Shown: positions 9,559 through 18,889, counted from the stretch's first letter. The stretch is DNA of 39,815 nucleotides from Candidatus Saliniplasma sp. (GCA_048622455.1 JBMCUO010000003.1:1-39815); one strand, 5' to 3'. Made by a program: numbers and translations. Notes: a model not told the origin generated them from the letters alone.

Positions 9559-9885
9559 TCAATCTTCAAATATAGCTCCGCAACCGGGACATTTATCATC
9601 GTTTTCAGAAACATCTGCTCCACATAAAGGACATTCATAAAGGATTTCACTTTCCTCAACCCTTTCTTTAGGTGCGAATTGTTTGATTTTATCCACGACA
9701 GAATCAGTGTCCTCCTCTTTTAATTCAAATGTTTCATCATCTACTTTAGATAACAGTTCTTCTATCTTTTCGTCCGTTAACCATTCTTCGATATTGAAAC
9801 CACATTCAGAACACTCTTCATCTGAAGGTGACACTTGATTACCACATTGGGGGCATTCTACATCTAGATCATCGTTAACCATCAA
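9559..9885 (-). CDS. Small acidic double zinc-ribbon protein
   Basis: CPQC..CSEC and CPLC..CPGC ribbons flank an acidic helical linker. GAGGAG SD lies upstream; the true start may be ATG 9882. Confidence 0.8.
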   Translation of the reverse strand: MMVNDDLDVECPQCGNQVSPSDEECSECGFNIEEWLTDEKIEELLSKVDDETFELKEEDTDSVVDKIKQFAPKERVEESEILYECPLCGADVSENDDKCPGCGAIFED

Positions 9886-9918
9886 ACTCCTCTCTTGAAT
9901 GTATAGGTCCTGTCTATT

Positions 9919-10020
9919 TTAAACATTTTGTTTCTTCCGCTTTTTTCTCCAATATACTGCCGGTACTAATATGGCTATGAAAATCGGGAAAAATATAGTA
10001 GGGAATTCTGGTATTTGTGC
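9919..10020 (-). other. PEF-CTERM archaeosortase-type sorting signal
   Basis: QIPEFPTIFFPIFIAILVPAVYWRKKRKKQNV has the motif / TM helix / basic tail tripartite pattern. Confidence 0.8.
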
Positions 10021-13000
10021 AGTGAGAACATCTGCATGTCCATCAAGGCTACTATTGAATGGCGATCCAACACCGATGTCGGGATTTGTATCAGAATTCA
10101 TGTCGCCTATAAAAGAGACTGACCAACCTAATCTTTGATCGCCAGAACCGTAGTAGTGATAGGATGAATCGGAAGCGGTTGCGGAGGCTGGGAACGTCGA
10201 TGTCCCGTTGAACACGTAGATCGCGCCAGCACCGCTGCTGTAAAACGGAGCCCCGCCTATAAGGTCATGCTTAGAATCACCGCTGAAGTTACCTGAAGCT
10301 ATCGAATAGCCAAACTTGTCTCCGGAGGTGGCTCCTTCTATAGCGGAATAAGGTGATAAAGTAGAGAATTCTATTTTAATATCATATAATATTGGTGTGA
10401 AATCCCCATCTCCTTTGAATGTTACATTATAAACCAGTTCATTACCGGCAGGTTCAGTTGGGAAGTAATACCAATCTCCTTCTGTAAGGGTAGACTGATT
10501 CCATGTAATGCCGCCGTCTCTCGAAATATTAACGTTGATATCAGTATTTGATAGGGCAGTGGATGATGTAGTCACATTCCAATTATAACGAACTTTTTTG
10601 ATAAGACCGTCTACATCAGTTTTAGTCGAGTTTAAATATCCTTTTGTAGAAGGGAAATCAGTTACTTTTATTTGATCAACATATGCAGTAAGTGTGGGGG
10701 TATATCCTCCTTCACTATTTCCCGTATCGATCCATAATTCTTCTTCTTCATTAGCATTATCAAAAGTTATTGAACTTGCTTCTAAATTCATGTGGCCATC
10801 GGTATCATTAATATAGACTTCATAATTTCCACTACTTTCATCAAATTTTGCCATTACATGGTACCAGGTATCTGGACTATAGGATTTTAGATTGGTATAG
10901 CTTTCTGAGCTATCATCGTAGGCTTTGATATTTCCGTCATAAAATTCAATAGACCATATCAGATAATAACCTTTACTTGGACCAGTTGTTTCTTCATATA
11001 AAGAAGATATTGCTAGACCATCGTCTGAAGTTTTTGCATAGAAATCGACTACGTAATTCGAAGGAAATGTAAAAGCATCTGTACCTTGTGCAAAATCACT
11101 ATCATCCGTATCGTGATTATCTTCTAATCTAATGCTGTTGCCTGAGTATATATCGTACGTAGAACTTGACGTAAAATTTGTGCTTGTAAAATCCCAATCG
11201 GATAGATCATCACCGTTCTCAAACCAAGTATCACTACCTGTAAAACTCACTCTTCCATCCCACTGGCTGACTTCAGAAACAGCTTTCATCAGATGTACGT
11301 TTTTCTTTTCGTGATATGTACTAAACTCACTGTAAGTATCATTTATTTTAGAATCCTTACCCGTATTGATCTCCTCTGCAGAAAAGATGTAAACATTTCC
11401 ATTGGATGAATCTGGAGCACCAACAGCAATACTATCACCGTTAGTATCTATCATATTGCCTACGTTCGTGACATCCCATCCAAAGGATTCGCTAGAATTT
11501 TGAGTTGACAGAACGGTTTCTTTGGTGAAATCGAGCCCGCAATAGACATACGCTTCTTCTCTCCTAGGAGCACCCACAAGGATATCATAATCACCGTCGC
11601 TGTCTATATCTCCACCGTCACTGACTGAGAAACCGAACATATCGCCTTCCGAGGTTCCTTTTAGTAACTTATCCGCATCTGAAGCTGAAGATGGGATGTT
11701 AAGGTCATCCTGAAAGATGTATACTTTTCCGATATTAGTTTGTTCATAGTATGTTATTTGAATCCCCCCATCTCGCCCATCATCTTGAGTTGAACCTCCA
11801 TCTGCTCCCTCACCAGGCGTAATTTCGGAAACCTCGATTAAATAATTTTCATTTACTTCACCACTACCATCATCTGCATTTCCTTCTCCGTCAGCACCAT
11901 CGCCACCATCTCCACCAACATCATATTCTACTCCTTCAGGATGTTCCTCAGCATCTTCACCATCTTCATAATTATCCTCACCATCACCACCAAGACCACC
12001 AGCACCTCCACCTCCTCCACCACCCCAACCATCACCATCACCGCCTCCACCTCCACCTCCAGCAGTAGCTAATACAGTACCATCATCCGTTTCACTATCA
12101 TAATCGGCCCATATCTCAGTAGAACCTGCACCGCTTCCACCATAATTATCAGCACCTCCGCCATCTATATATCCAAATCCACCTTCAACATAATTATTTC
12201 CATCATATACACCTTTTTCACCAACCCAAATAGTCAATTCATCAAACTCAGATACATCAATTGTTGCTTCAACATAACCTCCATCACCGCCGTCTCCATC
12301 GTATCCTCCTCCACCACCAGCACCTTCCATCGTCACTTCTATCATCCCGTAATTGGAGACATCTATGGTTTCTTTTGAACCTGTATAGTCATATGATACT
12401 GTCTCCCCATTTTCATCCACATCGGATGCACTCCAGGCCCCAACAACAAAATCATCATATGATCCTCCATCATATCCTCCACCACCGCTGACACTAGCAC
12501 CGAATCTGTCTCCACCTCTTTCACCCTCTATGATCTCATCAGCCTGGTCTGCAGTAAGAGAACTACTTCCAGTTATCGTAGAATCGTAGAACACGTAAAC
12601 AGAACCGTTTTTGCCGTTTTCATTAGGTTCACTTGGAGCACCGATCACTACTGCGTTGTTCCCATCGATTTCTATATTACCGGCCACATCCCATCCGAAC
12701 AGATCGCCGGCATCACTTCCAGTTATAGTTACATTGGCATTGGATGCATGTATATCGCCTGTATGTATGCTGGGGTATCCGTAGAAGATATAAGTTGCGC
12801 CAGCATTTTCACCCCCATTGCTGCTGTAAGGTGCCCCTACTATTAGGTCGTCGTACCCATCTCCCTTGAAGTCGCCAATATAACTCACGTTCCAACCAAA
12901 ACCTTCATCTGCTGTACCGTCTCCGGAAACTAGCCTTTCTAAACTAGATGAAGATGCAAGAGTATTAGAAGAATGTAATTGATTGTCAGAATTTAATCCC

Positions 13001-15330
13001 ATGTCAACGGTTTCTGTTCTCACCTCACCATTCAATACGACTTGATCTATGTTCTGTTCCCAATCGTTAATTTTGAACAGTACCTCGTACTCTCCTTCTT
13101 CGACATCTAGTCCTGTTTTTAATTCTATCTCATTAAAATTGATTCCATATTCTATATCTAAGTCCATTCGTTCCCATTCCCCATCCCATCTAGAAACTTC
13201 ACTACTAGTTACCTCGCCGTATTGACCTTGGATAGTGATCTTATACTCGGCTCTCATCCCTTGGATTGAGAAACCATTTTGCTCGTCACCGTCCACGTAA
13301 ATCTCTATAGAATCTTCACCGGTTATCTCAGGTTTAGGACTTGGACCTATATATCTACTTACTTCTTCTCCCCAATACCTCTCGGGTATATCATCATCCT
13401 CAGGTATAGTAGTATTCAGTAATTTATCAGAACCATAAGGCCAATCAGCGACTCCGTCACTATCTATATCTGGATGCCCCTCCTCGGTCACCATCTCTGA
13501 ATCTGGTGTTCCATCATTGGTAAAGTCATTTGGGTATGGATCATCTTCATCTGGTATTCCGTCGCCATCAGAATCCTTTAGCTCCTCTTTATACAACTCG
13601 ATTCCTTCCGGGATTGGTGTTCCACTCAATATATCGTCCTGTGTTTTTAGATAAAATAAAGATTCATCACTTTCTACAGCCATATTATAGTGCTCTATGT
13701 CTATCCTATCAGGTTCTGCAGATGTGGAATCCTCGAAGTTATCCACCCAATCTGAAAACGATCCATCGATTACAGGGCTTTCAGGTAATTCTTCATAATA
13801 ATATACTGCTGCGTTTCCCGTGATCGTAGTGGTAGCTTCGGTCTGAATTTCAGAAACACTCAGACTTACAGTTTTACCTCGCTCTACATTTGGAGAACCC
13901 ATAACAGATAATTCTACACTTTCGTCCTTACCTATGTTTATTGGAAATGGATCTCCACCTTCAAATTGGATGTCCGTGAAATTTTGTCTATCAAATTCGA
14001 TACCGTCTATAGTAACATCATCGTTGTGTGCCCGTAAACTCAGTTCTAGGGATACATCTCCATCGGAAACTATATCATTATCAGTGCTAAATTGTTGAAC
14101 ACTTAAAGAAGGTTTACCAGGCATTACAACGTAATCATTGCAGTAAATATTTCCTTCATGGTCTTTAGATATCAAATACGTTTCCAGCTCCTCGCTTCCT
14201 AGATAATGTTGAAGCATAGAGAATTCTATTTTGTTCATGGTCCTTTCTATGGGTACTGAGGCAGTCCTCTGCCATCCATACCATTTCCGAGAGTTGGTGT
14301 CGTTCGTGTAAGTATACAGTTCTGCTGTTAAAATGTCCTCCCATCCGCTTATTTTGATCATGTGGGAAGCATTAATTGTAGGTGTTTGGTATCTACTGTC
14401 ATAATCATTAGGTGAGTTTAGAAAAACATACAGATGGTCCATTTCTTGATTTTCTCCGCCATTCAGTGCTACACCATCTGTTTTTATGTAGAAATTCATT
14501 CTATTTTCCGAGATTTGGACAGCGTGCTCATCTACCATTACACTTTGTGACACACCGTTAAAATCCATACCGTACTTTTCTATCGATTCCCAATCTTGGA
14601 AATCCCCATCGATTTCAATATCGTCCCCGGGCTGAGGGGAATACATATAAAATGCTGCAATTAAAATTCCAAATATAATCAATACTACTAATGCCGAACC
14701 TACGAGTTTTTTAGTTTTTATATTTTTCTGGAGATTTTTTTGTTTTCTCCTAACACCATTGATCATCCCTGAAAAAACTTGTTCAGATTTTTTTGTTTCG
14801 CCGTTAGTCATGCCATTGGTCATACCGTTAGTCATGCCATTGGTCATACCTTTGGACTTACCATTTACAAGACCTTTCTTATCACTTATCTCCCCATTAG
14901 TGAAACCTTTTTGTTGTTCAACTTGATCATCCTCAGTTTCCTCCTCTTCTAGCCCAAGGGATTTCTCTATATCCTTTAATTCTTCTTCTAATTCTTCTTC
15001 GATCTCTTTCTCATCTATCTCTTCTTCTTTAGTATATGGTTTTCCAATAGACTTTTCTAATTCTTCTAATTCCTTTTCTAAGTCTATTACGAGATCATCA
15101 TCCTCTTCTTTTTCATTTACAGTACTTCTTTTCTTACTCTCTTCAATCTCAGTACTTTTTAATATCAAATCGACATCTTTTTCTAATTCTTCTAGAGACT
15201 CTTTATCCGTTTCTTCCTCATCGAAGACGACGCCACAACTCGGGCACCGAGATAAGTCTTTTTCGAATTCAGTCCCGCATTCTGGGCATTCAAAAATAAT
15301 GTGTTCATAGTTCGATTCTTCTTTAGACAT
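9919..15330 (-). CDS. Giant modular surface protein: cytoplasmic Zn ribbon + acidic coil + GxTNG repeats, TM, two IDGxFxDW domains, Ca-binding DxDxDG repeats, seven FG-GAP repeats with two insertions, PEF-CTERM
   Basis: 1803-aa ORF. CPECG..CPSCG at the N-terminus, TM LVGSALVVLIIFGILIAAFYMYS, seven FG..GAP-type units, and a C-terminal IPEF + hydrophobic helix + RKKRKK. Confidence 0.85.
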   Translation of the reverse strand: MSKEESNYEHIIFECPECGTEFEKDLSRCPSCGVVFDEEETDKESLEELEKDVDLILKSTEIEESKKRSTVNEKEEDDDLVIDLEKELEELEKSIGKPYTKEEEIDEKEIEEELEEELKDIEKSLGLEEEETEDDQVEQQKGFTNGEISDKKGLVNGKSKGMTNGMTNGMTNGMTNGETKKSEQVFSGMINGVRRKQKNLQKNIKTKKLVGSALVVLIIFGILIAAFYMYSPQPGDDIEIDGDFQDWESIEKYGMDFNGVSQSVMVDEHAVQISENRMNFYIKTDGVALNGGENQEMDHLYVFLNSPNDYDSRYQTPTINASHMIKISGWEDILTAELYTYTNDTNSRKWYGWQRTASVPIERTMNKIEFSMLQHYLGSEELETYLISKDHEGNIYCNDYVVMPGKPSLSVQQFSTDNDIVSDGDVSLELSLRAHNDDVTIDGIEFDRQNFTDIQFEGGDPFPINIGKDESVELSVMGSPNVERGKTVSLSVSEIQTEATTTITGNAAVYYYEELPESPVIDGSFSDWVDNFEDSTSAEPDRIDIEHYNMAVESDESLFYLKTQDDILSGTPIPEGIELYKEELKDSDGDGIPDEDDPYPNDFTNDGTPDSEMVTEEGHPDIDSDGVADWPYGSDKLLNTTIPEDDDIPERYWGEEVSRYIGPSPKPEITGEDSIEIYVDGDEQNGFSIQGMRAEYKITIQGQYGEVTSSEVSRWDGEWERMDLDIEYGINFNEIELKTGLDVEEGEYEVLFKINDWEQNIDQVVLNGEVRTETVDMGLNSDNQLHSSNTLASSSSLERLVSGDGTADEGFGWNVSYIGDFKGDGYDDLIVGAPYSSNGGENAGATYIFYGYPSIHTGDIHASNANVTITGSDAGDLFGWDVAGNIEIDGNNAVVIGAPSEPNENGKNGSVYVFYDSTITGSSSLTADQADEIIEGERGGDRFGASVSGGGGYDGGSYDDFVVGAWSASDVDENGETVSYDYTGSKETIDVSNYGMIEVTMEGAGGGGGYDGDGGDGGYVEATIDVSEFDELTIWVGEKGVYDGNNYVEGGFGYIDGGGADNYGGSGAGSTEIWADYDSETDDGTVLATAGGGGGGGDGDGWGGGGGGGAGGLGGDGEDNYEDGEDAEEHPEGVEYDVGGDGGDGADGEGNADDGSGEVNENYLIEVSEITPGEGADGGSTQDDGRDGGIQITYYEQTNIGKVYIFQDDLNIPSSASDADKLLKGTSEGDMFGFSVSDGGDIDSDGDYDILVGAPRREEAYVYCGLDFTKETVLSTQNSSESFGWDVTNVGNMIDTNGDSIAVGAPDSSNGNVYIFSAEEINTGKDSKINDTYSEFSTYHEKKNVHLMKAVSEVSQWDGRVSFTGSDTWFENGDDLSDWDFTSTNFTSSSTYDIYSGNSIRLEDNHDTDDSDFAQGTDAFTFPSNYVVDFYAKTSDDGLAISSLYEETTGPSKGYYLIWSIEFYDGNIKAYDDSSESYTNLKSYSPDTWYHVMAKFDESSGNYEVYINDTDGHMNLEASSITFDNANEEEELWIDTGNSEGGYTPTLTAYVDQIKVTDFPSTKGYLNSTKTDVDGLIKKVRYNWNVTTSSTALSNTDINVNISRDGGITWNQSTLTEGDWYYFPTEPAGNELVYNVTFKGDGDFTPILYDIKIEFSTLSPYSAIEGATSGDKFGYSIASGNFSGDSKHDLIGGAPFYSSGAGAIYVFNGTSTFPASATASDSSYHYYGSGDQRLGWSVSFIGDMNSDTNPDIGVGSPFNSSLDGHADVLTAQIPEFPTIFFPIFIAILVPAVYWRKKRKKQNV
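14801..14848. repeat. Perfect 24-bp tandem duplication encoding MTNGMTNG twice (minus strand)
   Basis: ccgttagtcatgccattggtcata at 14801-14824 and again at 14825-14848. Each unit is itself two imperfect 12-bp units. Confidence 0.95.
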
Positions 15331-15505
15331 ACTTTACAGCCTTAGCCTTTAAAGCCCTTTTTCCTACATGGGTATCTATTAAAAGGGTGACCTTTTTGTA
15401 TACTACCACAATCCCCTATTTAAATGTTGTTAACCACTGCATTGTATGTGCTAAATAACCCTACTATAGCCTCGAAGCAGACCTTAGAAAAATGTATTAA
15501 GCTGA

Positions 15506-16507
15506 TCATCGAGTAAATATAGGTCTCTGAACACCCTCTTTTGAAACGTATATCATCTCTTCATCTTCTTCGGATACTTCCTCTTTAGCTTGCAAAAAAC
15601 CACTCAACCTAACATCTAACATATCGATGTGGTGTAATGCAACCGCTTCTTCCATCCTGGGACTCCTAGCACTACCCCATTCATAATCTCCATGATGTGA
15701 TAAGATGATGTGTGAAATTTTCATGGCAAGTTCGTTAGGAAAACCAGGTATTTCGTCGATCCTCTCTTTTATCAATCTTTCACAGATGACCGTGTGGCCG
15801 ATAAGCCTAGATTCCGTGGTTAGCTCTATAGATGTTGTAGTGATATATTCTCTAACCTTACCAAAGTCATGCAGAATCGCCGCTGTCAGGAGTAGGTCCT
15901 TATCTATCTCTTTATAAGTATTGGCCACGTGATAGGATAGAACAACATCATTCAGTATGTGTTCTAGTAGGCCGCCTAGAAAATTATGACTGTAATTCTT
16001 ACTGTATGGGCTTTTTTTCAGGGATGCTACAAACTCTTCGTCTCTCAAAAATGATTCTACAAGCTCAACACAGTGTTCATCTTCTATTTTATCAGCGTAT
16101 TTTAGGAGTTCCTCAAACATTACATCTGGGTCTTTTTTAGACCTTTTTAAGTAATCTTCAACATCGTAGGAATCCTCTTCAAGCTTTGTTAGGCCGTGGA
16201 ATTGGTCCTTATTGATAAATATCTGGAGTTCTCCATGATATCGGGAAACTCCTCCTTTTAACTCAATAACATCTCCGATCTGTATGTTTTCATATATACC
16301 CTGAACTTCATCTTTATCGGAGCTGCCCCAATAAACTAATGGTATATCTCCAGACTTATCGCCTATCTTGAGCTTAAAAAAATATCCTTTCGTATATTCT
16401 CTTATCGATTCTTTATCTCTAATCGCAAAACTTTCTTCGATCTCTTCTCCTTCCACGATATCTTCTACATACTTATCTTTCAATTTATCACACTCCTTGC
16501 CCAACAA
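15506..16507 (-). CDS. yhaM: YhaM/CBF1-like 3'-5' exoribonuclease (OB fold + HD domain)
   Basis: N-terminal OB fold (LKIGDKSGDI..VYW), HNFLGGLLEH, LHDFGKVREY, LIGH, ILSHHG and HHID motifs. TTG start is uncertain. Confidence 0.85.
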   Translation of the reverse strand: MLGKECDKLKDKYVEDIVEGEEIEESFAIRDKESIREYTKGYFFKLKIGDKSGDIPLVYWGSSDKDEVQGIYENIQIGDVIELKGGVSRYHGELQIFINKDQFHGLTKLEEDSYDVEDYLKRSKKDPDVMFEELLKYADKIEDEHCVELVESFLRDEEFVASLKKSPYSKNYSHNFLGGLLEHILNDVVLSYHVANTYKEIDKDLLLTAAILHDFGKVREYITTTSIELTTESRLIGHTVICERLIKERIDEIPGFPNELAMKISHIILSHHGDYEWGSARSPRMEEAVALHHIDMLDVRLSGFLQAKEEVSEEDEEMIYVSKEGVQRPIFTR

Positions 16508-16537
16508 ATACTTTAATATTTAACTATATCGACTCAG

Positions 16538-17767
16538 TTAAGGTTTGGCGGAGATGAATTTTCCTCTTCCCTTTTCAGCTACGAATTCATTATCTTTAAT
16601 CAGATATTCACCACGAGACATAACATGAACTGGGAATACCGCGTTGAATCCTTCGAATGGTGACCAACCCGCTTTAGAATGTAGATTTTCTCTTTTGACC
16701 GAATCTAATCTCCTAAAATCAACCATCACGAAATCAGCGTCGTACCCCTCTTGGATCTTTCCTTTTTTAACGTTGAGATACTCAGCGGGTCTTTCAGCGA
16801 TGGTCTCGATAACCGTAGATAGGGAAATATTCCCCATAGAAACAGAATTGAGTAACAGAGGATACATGGTTTCGACACCGGGAATACCTGGAGGTGAATC
16901 CACGAACTCAGATTTTTCTTTTTCGAGGTGTGGAGCGTGATCACTAGCTAATATATCTATGTCTCCTCTTTCATAGGACTCCCACAAAGCTATCTGGTCA
17001 TCTTGTTTCCTAAGGGGGGGGTTGACTTTACCGAATCCACCTAAAAATGCTTCTTCATTCAAAAATAGATGATGTGGAGCTATCTCTATAGTTAACCCTT
17101 GTGATCTTGCTTCTTTTAGACCTTTCTTAGAAGAGACATGACAAACGCGTTTTGGTCCCTCAGGTAATTCTGATAGATATCGTATAGCATTTACCTCGCT
17201 ATCAACAGGTCTGAACTTATTATATCCAGGAAGATCTTTTCCAGCTGGTCCGAAGTGTTCTTCGTCCTCACAGTGAAACGCTACCTTTCCCCCCCTATCG
17301 AAGATTTTTTTTATTCCATCTATTGAAATACCTTTTTCAGTATTGGTCGAAGAGGATAGATAGACTTTGAATATTCTTGTTCTTTCTAAGATCTCTTCCA
17401 CCTCCTCACCGATCAATGAATAAAGAGCAAAATCCACACAAGATTTTTCTTCCGCTATCTTTAATTTTTTTTCAAAGTTATCTAGAGTTTTAATAGGTGG
17501 ATGATTATTGGGCATGTCTGCAACAGTTGTTATACCCCCAAAAGCTGCAGCTTTTGAACCGCTAAAAAAATCCTCTTTTTTCGTCTGACCTGGATCTCTG
17601 AAATGAACATGAAGATCTATACCACCTGGAAGAATTATCTCGTCGATGTCCTTCACATCTTCATTTCCTTCATAATGTTTTTTTACGAAATCTATCTTAC
17701 CATTTTCTATACCTATGTATCTATTTTGAAGTTCTCCATTTATGTATGCAGTTCCATGAATTATCAT
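16538..17767 (-). CDS. pyrC: Dihydroorotase (amidohydrolase family)
   Basis: PGGIDLHVHFRDPG, DMPNNHPP, HCED, CHVS, PHHL, KVNPPLR, SDHAPH and GIPGVET motifs. Confidence 0.92.
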   Translation of the reverse strand: MIIHGTAYINGELQNRYIGIENGKIDFVKKHYEGNEDVKDIDEIILPGGIDLHVHFRDPGQTKKEDFFSGSKAAAFGGITTVADMPNNHPPIKTLDNFEKKLKIAEEKSCVDFALYSLIGEEVEEILERTRIFKVYLSSSTNTEKGISIDGIKKIFDRGGKVAFHCEDEEHFGPAGKDLPGYNKFRPVDSEVNAIRYLSELPEGPKRVCHVSSKKGLKEARSQGLTIEIAPHHLFLNEEAFLGGFGKVNPPLRKQDDQIALWESYERGDIDILASDHAPHLEKEKSEFVDSPPGIPGVETMYPLLLNSVSMGNISLSTVIETIAERPAEYLNVKKGKIQEGYDADFVMVDFRRLDSVKRENLHSKAGWSPFEGFNAVFPVHVMSRGEYLIKDNEFVAEKGRGKFISAKP

Positions 17768-17768
17768 A

Positions 17769-18365
17769 TCAACTCATCTCCTTTTTTATTATATCTCCAC
17801 TAGGTTTTTCCTCAGTAAAGATCTCACCCTGGAACTTTTGAATTGAGCAATTCCCTTCCCTCCAAGTGTTGGGGTTTAAACCAGCTTTCCTGCAGGTATG
17901 CGATAGGAAAGTTTCTTCATCCCAACCATGTTCCACAGGAACCTGAGGTAAAAGTAATCCTGTGTATGGACCTTTGGAAACGATCAAACCATCTACTCCA
18001 CAGGTTACCATCTCTTTCAATTTATCGGGGTCTATGTAATCGACCTCTTCCGGAGGTGTGAGGAGAGTAACTTCTATGATTACACCATTAAGTTCATCTT
18101 CTCTCAGCAAAGGGAACCTTGGATCGTTGGTGGCACTTTCTGCTGCTTTCTTCAGTGCCCTTTTCAAAGGAAATATGGGTTCTGGGTATCCTATACATCC
18201 TCTAAGATTTTTTGAAGGATATTTGTTTATGGTTACAAACACTCCCATCTCTTTATCAAACTTAGCGGGGAGATTTAGTTTTGGGTACTCTTTTCCTTTA
18301 ACCTTTGCCTCGATTATCTTTCTAGCGGCTTTTACAGCCGCTTTACCTTCCGGGTCACTAAACAT
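17769..18365 (-). CDS. AMMECR1 / TIGR00296 family protein
   Basis: GVFVT, LRGCIGYP, DPRFP, GLLLPQV and TCRKAGL motifs. Confidence 0.92.
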   Translation of the reverse strand: MFSDPEGKAAVKAARKIIEAKVKGKEYPKLNLPAKFDKEMGVFVTINKYPSKNLRGCIGYPEPIFPLKRALKKAAESATNDPRFPLLREDELNGVIIEVTLLTPPEEVDYIDPDKLKEMVTCGVDGLIVSKGPYTGLLLPQVPVEHGWDEETFLSHTCRKAGLNPNTWREGNCSIQKFQGEIFTEEKPSGDIIKKEMS

Positions 18366-18465
18366 GATACTATGATATAGGGGTAAGCGATATTTATTTT
18401 ATTGGGAGTTAAGCCGATCCGTTATGTAAGAGGGGAAAATAATATGTACTGTATCTCTTTTTTAG

Positions 18466-18482
18466 ACCAAAACTCTTAAATC
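18466..18482 (+). promoter_or_regulatory. Putative BRE/TATA promoter of the ATP synthase operon
   Basis: ACCAAAACTCTTAAATC in the divergent AMMECR1/atpH intergenic region. A second candidate GGGGAAAATAATATG lies at about 18432-18446. Confidence 0.35.
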
Positions 18483-18554
18483 TGATTTGCTTATCCGGAT
18501 TTGAACAGCGGTGTCCTAAAAAATTTGCCAAAGCCCCCCCTGGAGGTTATAATA

Positions 18555-18869
18555 ATGGGCGTAGATGAAATCAGAAAGGTTAGAAAGGCTGAAAAAAAAG
18601 CCATCGAACATATAGAAAATGTTGAAAAGAAAGCAGAAGAAATGTTGGAAGAAGCCGTGGAGAAGGCTAAACAACAGAAAGAAGATGAGGTTTTTTCTAT
18701 GAAAAAAGAGATGGATGAAAAAATGAAAAGAGTTAAAGAAGAAACTGAAGAAAAAGCTGAAGACATACGTAAAGAGGGGCAAGTAGAAGCAAAACGGATT
18801 CGAAGTGCTACTCAAGAAAATATTGATAAAGCTGTATCTCACGTACTAGATAGGATAAAGGAGGTATAA
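18555..18869 (+). CDS. atpH: A/V-type ATP synthase peripheral stalk subunit H (G-like)
   Basis: First gene of the operon. Charged helical protein (IRKVRKAEKKA...NIDKAVSHVL). GGAGGT SD at 18542-18547 precedes ATG 18555, so the ORF-track start 18501 is unlikely. Confidence 0.85.
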   Translation: MGVDEIRKVRKAEKKAIEHIENVEKKAEEMLEEAVEKAKQQKEDEVFSMKKEMDEKMKRVKEETEEKAEDIRKEGQVEAKRIRSATQENIDKAVSHVLDRIKEV

Positions 18870-18889
18870 GGATAATATTCCCAGAACGG

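Noticed and set aside
12261-12491. His-rich 76-aa plus-strand ORF
   Set aside because: It is the reverse complement of Gly/Asp codons in the glycine-rich insert, not a metal-binding peptide.
14801-14850. 24-bp direct repeat as a possible CRISPR or att site
   Set aside because: The copies are adjacent with no spacer, in frame within a CDS, and there are no cas or integrase genes.
15364-15369. ATG-TAG start-stop element in the leader of the 1803-aa gene
   Set aside because: A six-base pattern with no SD, easily due to chance.
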